64,000 bases of DNA from positions 38,504-102,503 of the forward strand of contig JBFLVJ010000002.1 in NCBI GenBank assembly GCA_040758595.1. The letters run 5' to 3'. The position numbers and the translations under genes were made by a program. Of this stretch, positions 10,342-20,736 are shown one piece after another. The notes under the pieces are model-generated. The model had not been told where the DNA came from and searched no databases. It was given only the letters and a program-made list of their open reading frames with translations. The first letter of the stretch is position 1. Every line of letters begins with the position of its first letter. The stretch comes from Candidatus Micrarchaeota archaeon. Lineage in GTDB: Archaea > Micrarchaeota > Micrarchaeia > Anstonellales > Bilamarchaeaceae.

Positions 10342-10962
10342 ATGACGAAGGTAAAGGTCGCCATCCTCGCATCCGGCCGGGGGAGCAACTTCAAGGCCAT
10401 CATGGATGAGATCAAGGCCGGCCGCTGCGATGCCGAGGTGAGACTGCTCATCACCAACAAGCCCGATGCGCCAGCGATACAAATCGCCAAGGAGAACACC
10501 ATCCCAATCGAGCTGGTCCAGAAGAAAGACTTCAAGACACGCGAAGCCCTGGACGAGCGCATCCTCGAGCTCCTGAAGAAGCACGGAGTAGAGCTCGTCG
10601 TCCTCGCCGGCTACATGCTCCTCATCAAGAGCAAGAAGCTCCTCAGCGCATACAGGAACCGCATCATCAACATCCACCCCGCTCTTCTTCCCGCGTTCCC
10701 GGGCGACCAGGCGCAGAAGGATGCATTCGATTACGGGGTGAAGATATCCGGGCTCACCATCCATTTCGTGGACGAGTCGCTGGATGCCGGCCCCATCATC
10801 TACCAGGAGGCCGTGGATATCAGCGGCTGCGAGAGCGCGGAAGAAGTCGCGGATAAGATAATCAAGCGCGAGCACAAGGCATATGCCAAAGTGGTGGACT
10901 CCTTCTCGAAAGGCAGGTATGAAGTCGAAGGCAGGCGCGTCAGGTTCACCGCCCATAGATAG
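10342..10962 (+). CDS. purN: Phosphoribosylglycinamide formyltransferase
   Basis: ASGRGSNF, VLAGYM, INIHPALLPAFPG, LDAGPII. Confidence 0.96.
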   Translation: MTKVKVAILASGRGSNFKAIMDEIKAGRCDAEVRLLITNKPDAPAIQIAKENTIPIELVQKKDFKTREALDERILELLKKHGVELVVLAGYMLLIKSKKLLSAYRNRIINIHPALLPAFPGDQAQKDAFDYGVKISGLTIHFVDESLDAGPIIYQEAVDISGCESAEEVADKIIKREHKAYAKVVDSFSKGRYEVEGRRVRFTAHR

Positions 10963-10967
10963 AAATA

Positions 10968-11086
10968 TGTCCGAAACCCGGGATACATGACAGGCAATCG
11001 GAACAAAAACGGGCCCGTTGTGGCCTGTGGCCACTTCGCCCCCTAATCCCTGAGCCGAGACACAAGACCCGAAACAGGAAACCAAG
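10968..11086. repeat. Degenerate 7-mer repeat tracts
   Basis: TGTCCGAAACCCGGGATAC...GAGACAC AAGACCC GAAACAG GAAACCA between purN and tRNA-Lys. Confidence 0.6.
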
Positions 11087-11094
11087 AAAATTCA

Positions 11095-11263
11095 CGGGCC
11101 CAGAGGGATTCGAACCCTCGACACACGGATCTCTCCACCTTTTAGGAAAAGGTGGAGCCAAAACTGGCTTGCTATCCGTTTTCCTAAATTAAGAGTCCGT
11201 CGCTTTTTGCGAAACCTCCCTTATAAGAAGGCAGGCCTCTCTACCAAGCTGAGCTATGGGCCC
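11095..11263 (-). tRNA. tRNA-Lys(CTT) with two introns: D-arm ~22/23 at ~11205-11240 and canonical 37/38 at 11131-11189
   Basis: Spliced sequence GGGCCCA TA GCTC AGCTTGGTA GAGC G ACGGA CTCTTAA TCCGT GTGTC GAGGG TTCGAAT CCCTC TGGGCCC G folds as a cloverleaf. Confidence 0.9.
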
Positions 11264-11328
11264 ATGTACTCTTTCTCTGTAGCAATCCCTTTTAAATTCT
11301 TAATCACGGTTCCTCGATTCCGCGGAAA

Positions 11329-12369
11329 TCAGTTGCCTGCGCCTATCGGCTGTATCACGTAGTCCGTACCGTCGCTGGTGACCTTCAGCCCGCTGTCCCT
11401 GTAGCTCTCATACCAGGCTATGCCGTACTGGTCCATGAGCCTCTTGAACGGGTCCCTGGAGCCTCCATTGGCCGCCGACTCGTCGCTGCTGCCTGTTATG
11501 ATGACATCCTCGGGCTCGACAGCCAGCAGGAGCAATCCTATGGTGCTGGTCCCCACGCCCACTCCGTAATAGGGCGCCTGCATCACATCCACGCCCAGGT
11601 ATCCTTCCCTGGTGTTGATGAGCCTTCCCTGCCCGCCGCTCTGTATGCCGGAGGTGAGCAGCATGGAGAACTCCTTGTCGTCGAGCCTCAGCACGATGCC
11701 GTTGTTGTTAGGATCGTCGAACCTGTCCGCATCGGATGCCGGCGGGTTGAGGGCCCTGAACGATATGCCGTTCAGGACAGCGGTGAATCCGTCGCTGACA
11801 AACCTCACTTCAGCTGCCTTTGCAGAGGCCTTGTCTATGTAGAACATGTAGTCCAGGTCGTCAGAACCCTCTCCGCTCCACCACAGCTCCTCGATTGGGA
11901 AGCTGTCAGCCACCGCTCCCATGCCTCCGTAGCGGCGGGGGTCTGCCCCTGTCGAAACCAGGACCTCTATGTCATCAACCTCGTGGGAGCGGAGGAAATC
12001 CACTACCTTGCCGCCTTTCTCCACCGAGCCGCTATCCACCAGTATATCGAGATCCCCTTTCTTTATCAGTATCGCATCGCTCTGCGGACCAGATTCTCCG
12101 ACATCTATGAAGAACACGCCTAGGAGCGCATCCGGATCCTCCACATATCCGAGCGTGCTGTCGTTCTCCTGCGCGGGGGGCGGGGGGGGCGTCACGGTGC
12201 TCTCGTTCTTCCCCACGGTCTGGTTCTTCTGGGGGGTGACCACTATGCCCACGGGCGGCGGTTTCACCACCCCGATGCCATCGATCTGGTTCTGCTCGGG
12301 CTGGGGGCTCTCCCCTCCTATGCAGCCGAAAACGAGCGCCGCGCAAAGCAGCAGCGCGATGACCTTCAC
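11329..12369 (-). CDS. Lipoprotein with ComEC/Rec2-like metallo-beta-lactamase fold (metal ligands degenerate)
   Basis: Lipobox-like LVFGC, Pro-rich linker, FFIDVG...DAILI...LVDSG, NNNGIVLRL, MLLTSG. Confidence 0.75.
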   Translation of the reverse strand: MKVIALLLCAALVFGCIGGESPQPEQNQIDGIGVVKPPPVGIVVTPQKNQTVGKNESTVTPPPPPAQENDSTLGYVEDPDALLGVFFIDVGESGPQSDAILIKKGDLDILVDSGSVEKGGKVVDFLRSHEVDDIEVLVSTGADPRRYGGMGAVADSFPIEELWWSGEGSDDLDYMFYIDKASAKAAEVRFVSDGFTAVLNGISFRALNPPASDADRFDDPNNNGIVLRLDDKEFSMLLTSGIQSGGQGRLINTREGYLGVDVMQAPYYGVGVGTSTIGLLLLAVEPEDVIITGSSDESAANGGSRDPFKRLMDQYGIAWYESYRDSGLKVTSDGTDYVIQPIGAGN

Positions 12370-13883
12370 AACGTGACCTTCTGCTCCTTGATGCATTCCT
12401 TCAACCTCGCTTCGATATCCTCTATCTTTATCCTCTCCTGCTTGCCGTCGTTCCTGTATCTCAAGGTGACGGTGTTGTCCTTCAGCGTATCGTAATCTAT
12501 GGTGAGCGCGTAGGGGATGCCTATCTCATCGGCCCTGGCGTATCTCCTGCCTATGCTTCCGCTCCCCCTGTACATCACATCGAGCCCCCTGCCCCTCAGC
12601 ATGGATGTCACTTCCCGGGCCTTCTCTTCCATGCCGTCCTTGGTCATGAGCGGATAGACCGCCACGTGGTATGGCGCTATCACGGGCGGGAAATCGAACC
12701 ATTCCCATTCCTTTTGGGTTCCCTGTTTCCAGTTTCCTGTTTCGTCTTTCTCGTCCTTCTCCCTGAAGCAGTGCTCCAGGAGGCAGTAGAACAACCTGTC
12801 GACCCCCATCGAGACCTCGAACACGTGCGGGACGACCTTCTTCTTCTCGCTCTCGATGAACACGCTCATGTCGGTGCCGCTGTGCTTCGCGTGCTGGGAA
12901 AGGTCGAAGTCGGTGCGGTATGCGTTGCCGATGGTCTCTATGGTCCCGAAGGAGGTCTCCACCTCCATGTCTATGTTGCCCTTGGAATAGTGCGGTATCT
13001 CGTTGGCATCCAGAACCCTGAACCACATCCTCTTCGGGTCTATCCCGACCATCCTGTAGAACTCCCATTCCTTGAGGAGGAAATAGGCCATTATCTCGTT
13101 GGAAGCGACCTTCTCGTCCGCGGTCTCCTTCCCGTTCATCTCCCGGAGCTCATCCTTTATCTTCATGGTCATCCTGCCGGATGCGACCTTGCCGAACCCT
13201 TCGAATCCGGGCTCGGAGGGGTTGAAGAAATATTCCAGCTCCATCTGGGTGAACTCCCTCATCCTCACCAATCCCTTCCGTGGGGATATCTCGTTCCTGA
13301 AGCTACGGCCCACCTGGCCGACCGCCAGAGGGAGTTTCGTCCCGTGGTTCTTGAATATCCTCATGAATGATGTGAATATGCCCTGCGCGGTCTCGGGACG
13401 GGCATATGCCGGGGTCCGCTCCCCGCCGATTCCGGTGGCGAACATCAGGTTGAACATGTGCGCTTTGCCGAAATCGCCCTTGCACTTGGGGCACTTGATC
13501 CCTTTGGTTTCGATGACGTGGTCCAGCGTCTCGAGTCTCCCGTCCCACTTCTCTCCGTGCAGGTGGTAATGCTTCTCCTCGACCATGGTATCCGCCCGCA
13601 CGCGCGTGTGGCACTGGGCGCACTCCACCACCGGGTCAGCGAAGCTCGATACGTGGCCGGATGCCACCAGCACAGGCTCCGGAGTGGTTATGCTCGTCTC
13701 CACCTCGTGGTAACCCTCGCTCTTGATGAACATCTCGCGCCAGAGGTTCTCTATCTTGCGCTTTATCAGGACGCCGACCGGGCCGTATTCGTAGAATCCT
13801 CCGGTGCCGCCGTAGCACTCGTTGCTTGGGAAGAAGAATGACCTTTTGAGGGCTAACTCATAGATTTTGTCGTGGAGCTGCAT
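12366..13883 (-). CDS. glyS: Glycyl-tRNA synthetase (alpha2 type)
   Basis: GFYEYGPVG, RPETAQGIF, FRNEISPR, MREFTQME, GRRYARADEIG. Confidence 0.97.
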   Translation of the reverse strand: MQLHDKIYELALKRSFFFPSNECYGGTGGFYEYGPVGVLIKRKIENLWREMFIKSEGYHEVETSITTPEPVLVASGHVSSFADPVVECAQCHTRVRADTMVEEKHYHLHGEKWDGRLETLDHVIETKGIKCPKCKGDFGKAHMFNLMFATGIGGERTPAYARPETAQGIFTSFMRIFKNHGTKLPLAVGQVGRSFRNEISPRKGLVRMREFTQMELEYFFNPSEPGFEGFGKVASGRMTMKIKDELREMNGKETADEKVASNEIMAYFLLKEWEFYRMVGIDPKRMWFRVLDANEIPHYSKGNIDMEVETSFGTIETIGNAYRTDFDLSQHAKHSGTDMSVFIESEKKKVVPHVFEVSMGVDRLFYCLLEHCFREKDEKDETGNWKQGTQKEWEWFDFPPVIAPYHVAVYPLMTKDGMEEKAREVTSMLRGRGLDVMYRGSGSIGRRYARADEIGIPYALTIDYDTLKDNTVTLRYRNDGKQERIKIEDIEARLKECIKEQKVTL

Positions 13884-13937
13884 GGAGGCTATTCTGTATG
13901 CTGGGTTTTAAATCGCTTTTTACGATAGTATATCGGT

Positions 13938-14375
13938 ATGCCAGTGCAGGCTTCCCAATCAGGCGTGGCAAGAAGGAATCCCGACCACTCGAGCGCGATG
14001 GTTGCGCTCAGTGCGGCATCGGATGCGCTAGCCACGGCCAAGGGGCTATATGGGGAGCGGCGCTTCCAAGAGGCGTTCGAATCATCGCGCGATGCGATAC
14101 GCCTCGTATCGTCCGCGCTCATGTTCAGGGATGGCTGCATCTGCGGCACGTTCGGTTCGTCCCAGGCATATTTGCTGGAGCGATATCCCGGCATGTTCCC
14201 TCTGGAGGCGTGGAGGAGAATCGAGATGTTCCAGGATGATTATGGGAGCGGCCCGATGGCCGCCATCTCGCGCATTCTCGGCAAGGCCAGGACCGCAGGT
14301 GAGACCGAAGCCAATGAAGCCCTCAGAGCAGCCACGATGTTCGTGGATTCCGCACGCAATGAGTTGGTGTTATGA
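13938..14375 (+). CDS. HEPN-like helical protein
   Basis: A..L..AK.L....F..A...S..A pattern of UPF0332/HEPN helices; no RxxxxH motif seen. Confidence 0.5.
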   Translation: MPVQASQSGVARRNPDHSSAMVALSAASDALATAKGLYGERRFQEAFESSRDAIRLVSSALMFRDGCICGTFGSSQAYLLERYPGMFPLEAWRRIEMFQDDYGSGPMAAISRILGKARTAGETEANEALRAATMFVDSARNELVL

Positions 14376-15034
14376 GATATCTAGCGCTATTGGCGATCCT
14401 ATTGCTCTCCTTCGGTTGCATCAGCCAGGGCGAGAGGACTATCTATGAGAATGCCAGCGAGCCAGCCTCCCCGTCCGAAGAGAGCGTCTCTGAGCCTGCG
14501 CCGGCCATCGAAGTCCCGGCTATCCACCAGGAGAGCCGCTACCAGGCCGGGGGCTTCAGCTTCGTCCATCCGGATGAGATGGAAACCGAGGATTCGAGAG
14601 GGCCGGGCAGCGGCATCTTCAGCGGCACCAACATGATATCGAGCGGCCAGACCGGCGAACTGCTCGTCGTGACCTATCTGAACGTATCAGCCGTCTACGG
14701 CTCCAACCAGGACAAGATATACAAGGACGACCCGACGACGGCCGCATCAGGTTTCCTGGTGGCCGACATGGAGCAGGATCCCGTGGCCGGGCTGCTCAGC
14801 AGCGCATACGATGTCGGCGAGGTCTCCACATACGCCATCGCGCGGGACGGGGTGGTGGCGGACGTGCCGTTCAAGGTGAGGTTCGGCGACTCCAACAAGA
14901 GCTATTCTGGTTATGCGATGGACATGTACATCCCGGAGCGCTCGCTCCAGGCCAAGGTGCGCATCATCGCGCTCGATTCGGAGCAGGCAGAGTCGATAAG
15001 GGCGGGGTTCCTGCTCAGCTTCAGGCTCGAATGA
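14372..15034 (+). CDS. Putative lipoprotein
   Basis: MRYLALLAILLLSFGC signal/lipobox. Confidence 0.7.
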   Translation: MRYLALLAILLLSFGCISQGERTIYENASEPASPSEESVSEPAPAIEVPAIHQESRYQAGGFSFVHPDEMETEDSRGPGSGIFSGTNMISSGQTGELLVVTYLNVSAVYGSNQDKIYKDDPTTAASGFLVADMEQDPVAGLLSSAYDVGEVSTYAIARDGVVADVPFKVRFGDSNKSYSGYAMDMYIPERSLQAKVRIIALDSEQAESIRAGFLLSFRLE

Positions 15035-15038
15035 AACA

Positions 15039-16361
15039 TCACCACAGGAAGGTCGCGACGAGCGCCGAGATAGCGAGTCCGATCAGCGTAATCGGGATGC
15101 CGACTTTGACCAGGTCCCACACGCTCAGCCTTCCCTGGTAGAATGCCATCGCGGTCGGAGGGGTGCCGGCGGGCGAGATGAAATTGAGCGAAGATGCGAG
15201 GCCTGCCAGGATTACCAGCTCCTCCATCCCCACGCTCAGGTCCTGCAGGGAGGCCACTATCGGCACTATGAGCGCGGCGGTCGATGTGTTGCTCATCCCG
15301 GCTGTTATCGCGCTGCCGAAAGCCAGGACGGCCAGATAGACCATGGATCCGGACTGCCCGGTTATCGCATCCGACAGCATCCCCCCTACGATGTCCGAGA
15401 GGCCGGATGAGCCGATTGCGCTCCCGAGAGCGATGCTGCCTCCCAAGAGCATCAGGACACCCCAGTCTATCCTGGAGATGCCATCTTTTTTCACGAGATT
15501 GGAGGCATAGAGCAGGACGACAGCCAATATCGATGAGGCACCATCAGGGATCCTATGGATGGAAGATGTCATCCACAGCAGCACCGTGAATGCGCCTATC
15601 GCCAGGGTGGCGGCCTGCTTCCCCGTCCACCCCCCCTTCGCGCTCTTGAAGACGACCTTCTTTATATCCGGCCTGTGGAGGTGCATTATCACGAGCCAGG
15701 AGCATGGTATCAGAAGGGCCACTATCGGCATCCCGTGGAGCGCCCAGTCCACGAAGGTGACCTCGAGCCCCTCCGCGGCCAGCTCGGCTGCCGCGATGGC
15801 GTTTGGCGGAGTGCCCACCAGAGTTCCCATTCCCCCGATCGTTGCTGAGAATGCGACCGCAATCACTGCGGCTTTCCTGTATGCCGGGCCGGCTTTTTCC
15901 GAGGCGGGCACGGTGAAGAGGGCGACGGGGATCATTATGGCCGCAGTGGCGGTGTTGCTGATCCAGAGCGAGAGGAAAGCGGTCGCGACCATCATGCCGA
16001 GTATGAACCTGTCCGGGGCACCGCCGAACAGACCCATGAATAATGAGGCTATTTTCATGTCCACCCCATGATCCTGCATCGCGAGCGCGAGCACGAGCCC
16101 TCCGAAGAACAAGGCTATCGTCGGGTTGAAATACCCGGAGAACGCTTCTTCGGCGCTCAGCGCGCCGGAAACTATGAGAAGGAACGTCCCGAAAAGGGCT
16201 GTCACATGCAGAGGCAGAGCCTCGGTGAACCAGCAGGCGCCCATGAAGGCCGCGATCGAGAGCACCGCGTGCGCCTTCCAATCGAGCCCGATAGGAAGAG
16301 CCAGCAGGGCCACTGCTATCAGCGCAGAGACCAGCAGTCCAGGCAGCCTGACGTCCTCCAT
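15039..16361 (-). CDS. SLC13/DASS-family anion or dicarboxylate transporter
   Basis: WFTEALP, SLWISNTATA, GTLVGTPPN, MSNTSTA, PAGTPP. Confidence 0.9.
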   Translation of the reverse strand: MEDVRLPGLLVSALIAVALLALPIGLDWKAHAVLSIAAFMGACWFTEALPLHVTALFGTFLLIVSGALSAEEAFSGYFNPTIALFFGGLVLALAMQDHGVDMKIASLFMGLFGGAPDRFILGMMVATAFLSLWISNTATAAIMIPVALFTVPASEKAGPAYRKAAVIAVAFSATIGGMGTLVGTPPNAIAAAELAAEGLEVTFVDWALHGMPIVALLIPCSWLVIMHLHRPDIKKVVFKSAKGGWTGKQAATLAIGAFTVLLWMTSSIHRIPDGASSILAVVLLYASNLVKKDGISRIDWGVLMLLGGSIALGSAIGSSGLSDIVGGMLSDAITGQSGSMVYLAVLAFGSAITAGMSNTSTAALIVPIVASLQDLSVGMEELVILAGLASSLNFISPAGTPPTAMAFYQGRLSVWDLVKVGIPITLIGLAISALVATFLW

Positions 16362-16506
16362 GGCCGGTAATCCATATTAAGGTTAAAAATCCGCATGCCC
16401 GGTAAGAATAGGGCGCCGTTCCCGCTCCACCCTTAAAGAGAGCGGGAAAGGGGTTATAAACCTCGCAAAAGAAATAAGCTAAGACGCATCTCCAGGTGCA
16501 ACAATT

Positions 16507-19233
16507 ATGGATGTCGACAAGAACGCTCTTAGGAAACAGTTCGCCGCCGAATGGCAGAAGCACTACAAGCTGAAAGCGCTCATCGAGCGCGGTTTCATGC
16601 GCCAGACCTGCTCCAAGTGCTCCCGCTCCTTCTGGGCCAAGGACAAGCGCGAGATGTGCGGGGACCCCTCATGCATCGGCTACCAGTTCATCGGCTCCAC
16701 CCCTGTCAAGAAGAAGCTCGGCTATATCGACACCTGGAAGGCCATCGAGAAGTACTTCACCAAGAGCGGCCATGGCTATGTGAAGCCCTATCCGACAGTC
16801 GCGAGGTGGAGGGACGATCTGTATTTCACCATCGCTTCCATCAACGACTTCCAGCCCTATGTGGTCAACGGGGAGCTGGAGCCGCCATCCAACCCGCTCA
16901 TCGTGCCCCAGCCATGCATACGGTTCAGCGACATCAGCAACGTCGGGGTCAGCGGCAGGCACTACACCAATTTCGTCATGATAGGCCAGCACGCCTTCAA
17001 CACCAAGAAGACCGGCGACTTCTACTGGAAGGAGGAGGCGATGACGCATGATCTGAACTACCTCAAGGCGCTCGGCATTCCGGAGGAGGAGATAGTCTTC
17101 CAGGAGGATGTGTGGGCCGGAGGCGGCAACTTCGGTCCATGCATCGAGTATTTCTGCCGCGGCCTGGAGCTGGGCAACTGCGTGTTCATGCAGTATGAAG
17201 TTACGCCTGCCGGAAACAGGGAGCTGGAAACCAAGGTCATAGACATGGGAGCCGGCCTCAGCCGCCTCGCATGGATAACCTCCGGGGAGCCCACCAGCTA
17301 CGAGGTGGTCTTCGGACCGGTCATAGAGAGGATGAAGAAGCAGACCGGCATCAGCATCGACAAGAAGCTTTTCCTGAAATACGCGAAGATATCGGGCAGC
17401 CTCAATGAGGACGAGGTGCCTGACCTGGAGAAGGAGAAGGAGCGTGTGGCATCCATGCTCGGGGTCACGAAGAAGGAGCTATTCGATACCCTGGAGCCTT
17501 TGCAGGCGCTCTACGCATCCGCGGACCATCTATGCACCGTGCTCTTCACGGTCACGGACGGCATGCTACCGAGCAACGCGGGCGGCGGCTACAACCTCCG
17601 CATGCTCCTGCGCCGCGTCTTCGGGTTCGAGGAGAAGTTCGGCTACTCGCTCGATTATGGCGAGATCGTCAAGGGCCACGCCGACTTCCTGGACTACCTC
17701 TTCCCCCACCTCCATGCGGGCGTGGGCACCACCATCGACGTCGTGGAAGAGGAACTGAAGCGCTACAAGACGACCCGAGAGAAAGCGGGCAGTATCGTAG
17801 TCAACATCGTGAAGAAGGCCAAGCACACCGACCCCAAGGCCAGCAACAAGGAACGCGCAGGCGCCGGCCGCATATCCAAAGAGGACCTGTTCACGCTATA
17901 CAAGAGCCATGGCATCCCCCCGGAGGCGGTGGCAGAGGTGGCCGAGGAGAACGGAGTGGAAGTGGAGATGCCCGGCAACTTCTATGCCCTCGTCCGTGCC
18001 GGCGAAGGCGAGGAATCGTCGCCCGACAAGGGGCCGTCAGTCAAGCTTCTGTTCGCCGAGACCGCCACCCTCCCGAACACCAAGCCGCTCTATTACGGCA
18101 CCGAGCAGAGCTTCAAGGCCAAGGTGACCGGGGTCGTGAATGGCAAGTATGTGGCGCTCGACCAGACCGCGTTCTATCCTGAGGGTGGAGGGCAGGCCGC
18201 GGACATCGGCTTCCTCGCAGGCGTGCGGGTGAAGCACACGCTCAAGCAGGCAGGCACCGTGCTCCACGAGGTGGAGGATGCCTCGGCGTTCAAGGCCGGC
18301 AAGACGGTCGAAGGTGTGGTGGATATCGTCCGCAGGAAGACCATTGCGAGGCACCACAGCGCGGCGCATCTGCTGAATGCCGCATGCAAATCGGTCCTCG
18401 GCCCGCACATCTGGCAGGGCGGATCCCACAAGGACGAGGAGAAGGCCCACCTGGACGTGACGCACTACAGGAAAATAACGAACGACGAAGTGGCAGCGAT
18501 AGAGCACAAGGTCAACGAGTACATCATGGCAGACATGCCGATACAGACCCATGTGCTACCGCGCAACGTGGCAGAGGAGAAGTACGGATTCACGATCTAC
18601 CAGGGGGGTGCGGTGCCGGGCAAGGAACTGCGCATCGTGAGCATGGGCGACGTGGACCACGAGGCCTGCGGAGGCACCCATGCCATGAACAGGAGCACGG
18701 GCGAGCTCGGCCTCTTCAAGATAGTCAAGCGCGAGAGCGTGCAGGACGGCATCGAGCGCATAACCTACAAATGCGGGCATGTGGCCCTCTCCTACATCCA
18801 GGAGAAGGAGCGCATGCTCCGCGATGCCTCTAATGTCTTCAGCGTCTCGGAGCCGGAACTGCTCCGCACTTCAGAGCGCTTCTTCAGCGAATGGAAGGCC
18901 CAGCGCAAGCGCATCGAGGCGCTCGAGGAATCGTTCGTCCGCGAGGAAGCCCGGGCTCTAGTAGAAGAGAGCGCAGGAAGGCCCATCATGAAGATGCTCG
19001 ACCTGGACATCAGCGCATTGAGGAAGCTGGCCCTTGCTGTCGCCGAGAGCGACAAGGCAGCGGTCTGCCTGGTGAACAAGCAGGGCAACCTGGTCTGCGG
19101 TGCAGGCAAGAGCTCGGGCGCCAGCGCCAAAGAGATGCTGCAGAAGGTCATCTCAAAACTAGGCGGAACGGGCGGCGGCAGCGACCGCATCGCCCAGGGC
19201 AAGGCCGAGAAGCCGGGCGTCGTGGATATCTAA
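16507..19233 (+). CDS. alaS: Alanyl-tRNA synthetase (archaeal type)
   Basis: VARWRDD, QPCIRF, WAGGGNFGP, editing-domain HSAAH and EACGGTH, GGGS..IAQG. Confidence 0.97.
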   Translation: MDVDKNALRKQFAAEWQKHYKLKALIERGFMRQTCSKCSRSFWAKDKREMCGDPSCIGYQFIGSTPVKKKLGYIDTWKAIEKYFTKSGHGYVKPYPTVARWRDDLYFTIASINDFQPYVVNGELEPPSNPLIVPQPCIRFSDISNVGVSGRHYTNFVMIGQHAFNTKKTGDFYWKEEAMTHDLNYLKALGIPEEEIVFQEDVWAGGGNFGPCIEYFCRGLELGNCVFMQYEVTPAGNRELETKVIDMGAGLSRLAWITSGEPTSYEVVFGPVIERMKKQTGISIDKKLFLKYAKISGSLNEDEVPDLEKEKERVASMLGVTKKELFDTLEPLQALYASADHLCTVLFTVTDGMLPSNAGGGYNLRMLLRRVFGFEEKFGYSLDYGEIVKGHADFLDYLFPHLHAGVGTTIDVVEEELKRYKTTREKAGSIVVNIVKKAKHTDPKASNKERAGAGRISKEDLFTLYKSHGIPPEAVAEVAEENGVEVEMPGNFYALVRAGEGEESSPDKGPSVKLLFAETATLPNTKPLYYGTEQSFKAKVTGVVNGKYVALDQTAFYPEGGGQAADIGFLAGVRVKHTLKQAGTVLHEVEDASAFKAGKTVEGVVDIVRRKTIARHHSAAHLLNAACKSVLGPHIWQGGSHKDEEKAHLDVTHYRKITNDEVAAIEHKVNEYIMADMPIQTHVLPRNVAEEKYGFTIYQGGAVPGKELRIVSMGDVDHEACGGTHAMNRSTGELGLFKIVKRESVQDGIERITYKCGHVALSYIQEKERMLRDASNVFSVSEPELLRTSERFFSEWKAQRKRIEALEESFVREEARALVEESAGRPIMKMLDLDISALRKLALAVAESDKAAVCLVNKQGNLVCGAGKSSGASAKEMLQKVISKLGGTGGGSDRIAQGKAEKPGVVDI

Positions 19234-19949
19234 GCCTTGCTCAACAAGCCCGGCTTCTTGAGGAACTCGAACCGTCTCGGATCCGCATAGAACTCGGCCA
19301 GGATGTCCTTGCTGGAGAATCCGTAGCTTTCGTTTATCTTGGCCGCTGAGAGCTGCTTGTTCTCGTGCACCACGTAGTTGGTGTTCTGGGTCATCTGCCC
19401 TTCCTTCAGGTAATAGAATGCCGCGCCCTGGTTCTCTTCATACTCCTTGTAGAGCGATTCGAATCCCTCATAGACCAGGTTGGCGAGCACCAGGGTGTTC
19501 TCCCCCCTGTTGATGGAGACGTGGCCCCACTCGGGCGGTATCAGTATGACCTCGCCTTCCTTGGCCGCGACTATCATGGTGTCCACGCTGCCGTTCCGGT
19601 TCCGTTTCTGCATGATGAATTCGGCATTGCCCCTCACCACCTGGTAGACCTCGGGGTATGCCGGACCATCTTCGCTACCGGGATGGTAATGGCCGAAAGT
19701 CTTTACGTATTCGTCACCTATTATCCTCGCCGGGATCACGGTGATGTCGAACCTGATGCCTTCGCGCTTGAAGACGTCCCTGAACATGTAATAGAGCGGC
19801 ACGTCCGCCGCCTCGTCATGGTACTGCCTCAGGACCTTCCTCATCTGGCCCATGGTCCTGATGGATTTCGGGTGCTTCCCCTCGTTGACGAACAGGTCCG
19901 TCCCCGCAAGCTCTATGCGGAGCGGCTTCTCATAAAGGACCGCGTCCAT
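19230..19949 (-). CDS. Cupin-type glucose-6-phosphate isomerase
   Basis: EYVKTFGHYH, PEVYQV, IPPEWGHVSIN. Confidence 0.85.
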   Translation of the reverse strand: MDAVLYEKPLRIELAGTDLFVNEGKHPKSIRTMGQMRKVLRQYHDEAADVPLYYMFRDVFKREGIRFDITVIPARIIGDEYVKTFGHYHPGSEDGPAYPEVYQVVRGNAEFIMQKRNRNGSVDTMIVAAKEGEVILIPPEWGHVSINRGENTLVLANLVYEGFESLYKEYEENQGAAFYYLKEGQMTQNTNYVVHENKQLSAAKINESYGFSSKDILAEFYADPRRFEFLKKPGLLSKA

Positions 19950-20364
19950 TTTCTACCACCCCTTTCATCTTGTTGAACTCAGCCAATGTGGCGAGCGGTT
20001 TCTTGACGATGAGCTTTTGCTTCTCGAATTTATAAAACAGCAGCTTCAGGAAAGTGAGCAGCTCGCGGTTCTTGACGCCCTGCCTGTCATAGTCCTTCTG
20101 CAGGCCCTGTATGGTCTTGAAGGAACCTATGAAGAAAGAGAGGTCCAGGGTGCTCTGTCCGTTCCAGCCCCTTATCTTCTCGTATATGAGCAGCCTCGCG
20201 ATGCCCAGCCGCGCGCGTAGCCGTTTCGATTCAGCATCATCCCCCTCGATGCCGCTTTCGATGGTCTTCAAAGCATATGCCAGCTCCTGCCAATCCGCCT
20301 GGACAAGGCTATCGCTTATGCTGATTGGGCTAGACATTCGGTTAGGACTTATGGTGGTAAGCAT
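19930..20364 (-). CDS. Hypothetical protein
   Basis: ORF overlapping the PGI start; operon-like arrangement. Confidence 0.6.
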   Translation of the reverse strand: MLTTISPNRMSSPISISDSLVQADWQELAYALKTIESGIEGDDAESKRLRARLGIARLLIYEKIRGWNGQSTLDLSFFIGSFKTIQGLQKDYDRQGVKNRELLTFLKLLFYKFEKQKLIVKKPLATLAEFNKMKGVVENGRGPL

Positions 20365-20403
20365 TTTAACTCCAATACTCCGGTCATAACGGTATCCGCC
20401 GGT

Positions 20404-20463
20404 GGTTTCCTGTTTCCGGTCTTGGGTTGTGGCACGAGACCGGGAACCCTGAACCGGAAACCC
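20404..20463. repeat. Inverted array of degenerate 7-mer repeats
   Basis: GGTTTCC TGTTTCC GGTCTTG GGTTG...GAGACCG GGAACCC TGAACCG GAAACCC. Confidence 0.7.
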
Positions 20464-20736
20464 ATAAGCAAAACAGTTATTTTTGAAGAGAGATAGATAA
20501 TAGCCCGAGCGGATCGAAGCCCGGCCTTTTTATGTTCGGAACCCTATCTCCGGCCAAAAAGGCCAGGCGTGCCCCAAAAACCAGTCCTTCGGAACAGAAG
20601 AAACGCAGGGATGAGCGTCTCCCCCTTCGGTTTTCTCTACGTTTCTGATTCCTCCCGTCCATTGACAATCGGGACTGGAAACCCAAGACCGGAAACCACC
20701 TAAGCGAAACCGTGATTTTTGAAGAAAAGCAGGATA

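Noticed and set aside
13938..14375. HEPN-MNT toxin-antitoxin module
   Set aside because: No RxxxxH motif and no adjacent nucleotidyltransferase gene.
20500..20676. Second functional tRNA-Gln
   Set aside because: The 3' end has two single-base deletions relative to the real tRNA and no convincing anticodon or T arm could be built.
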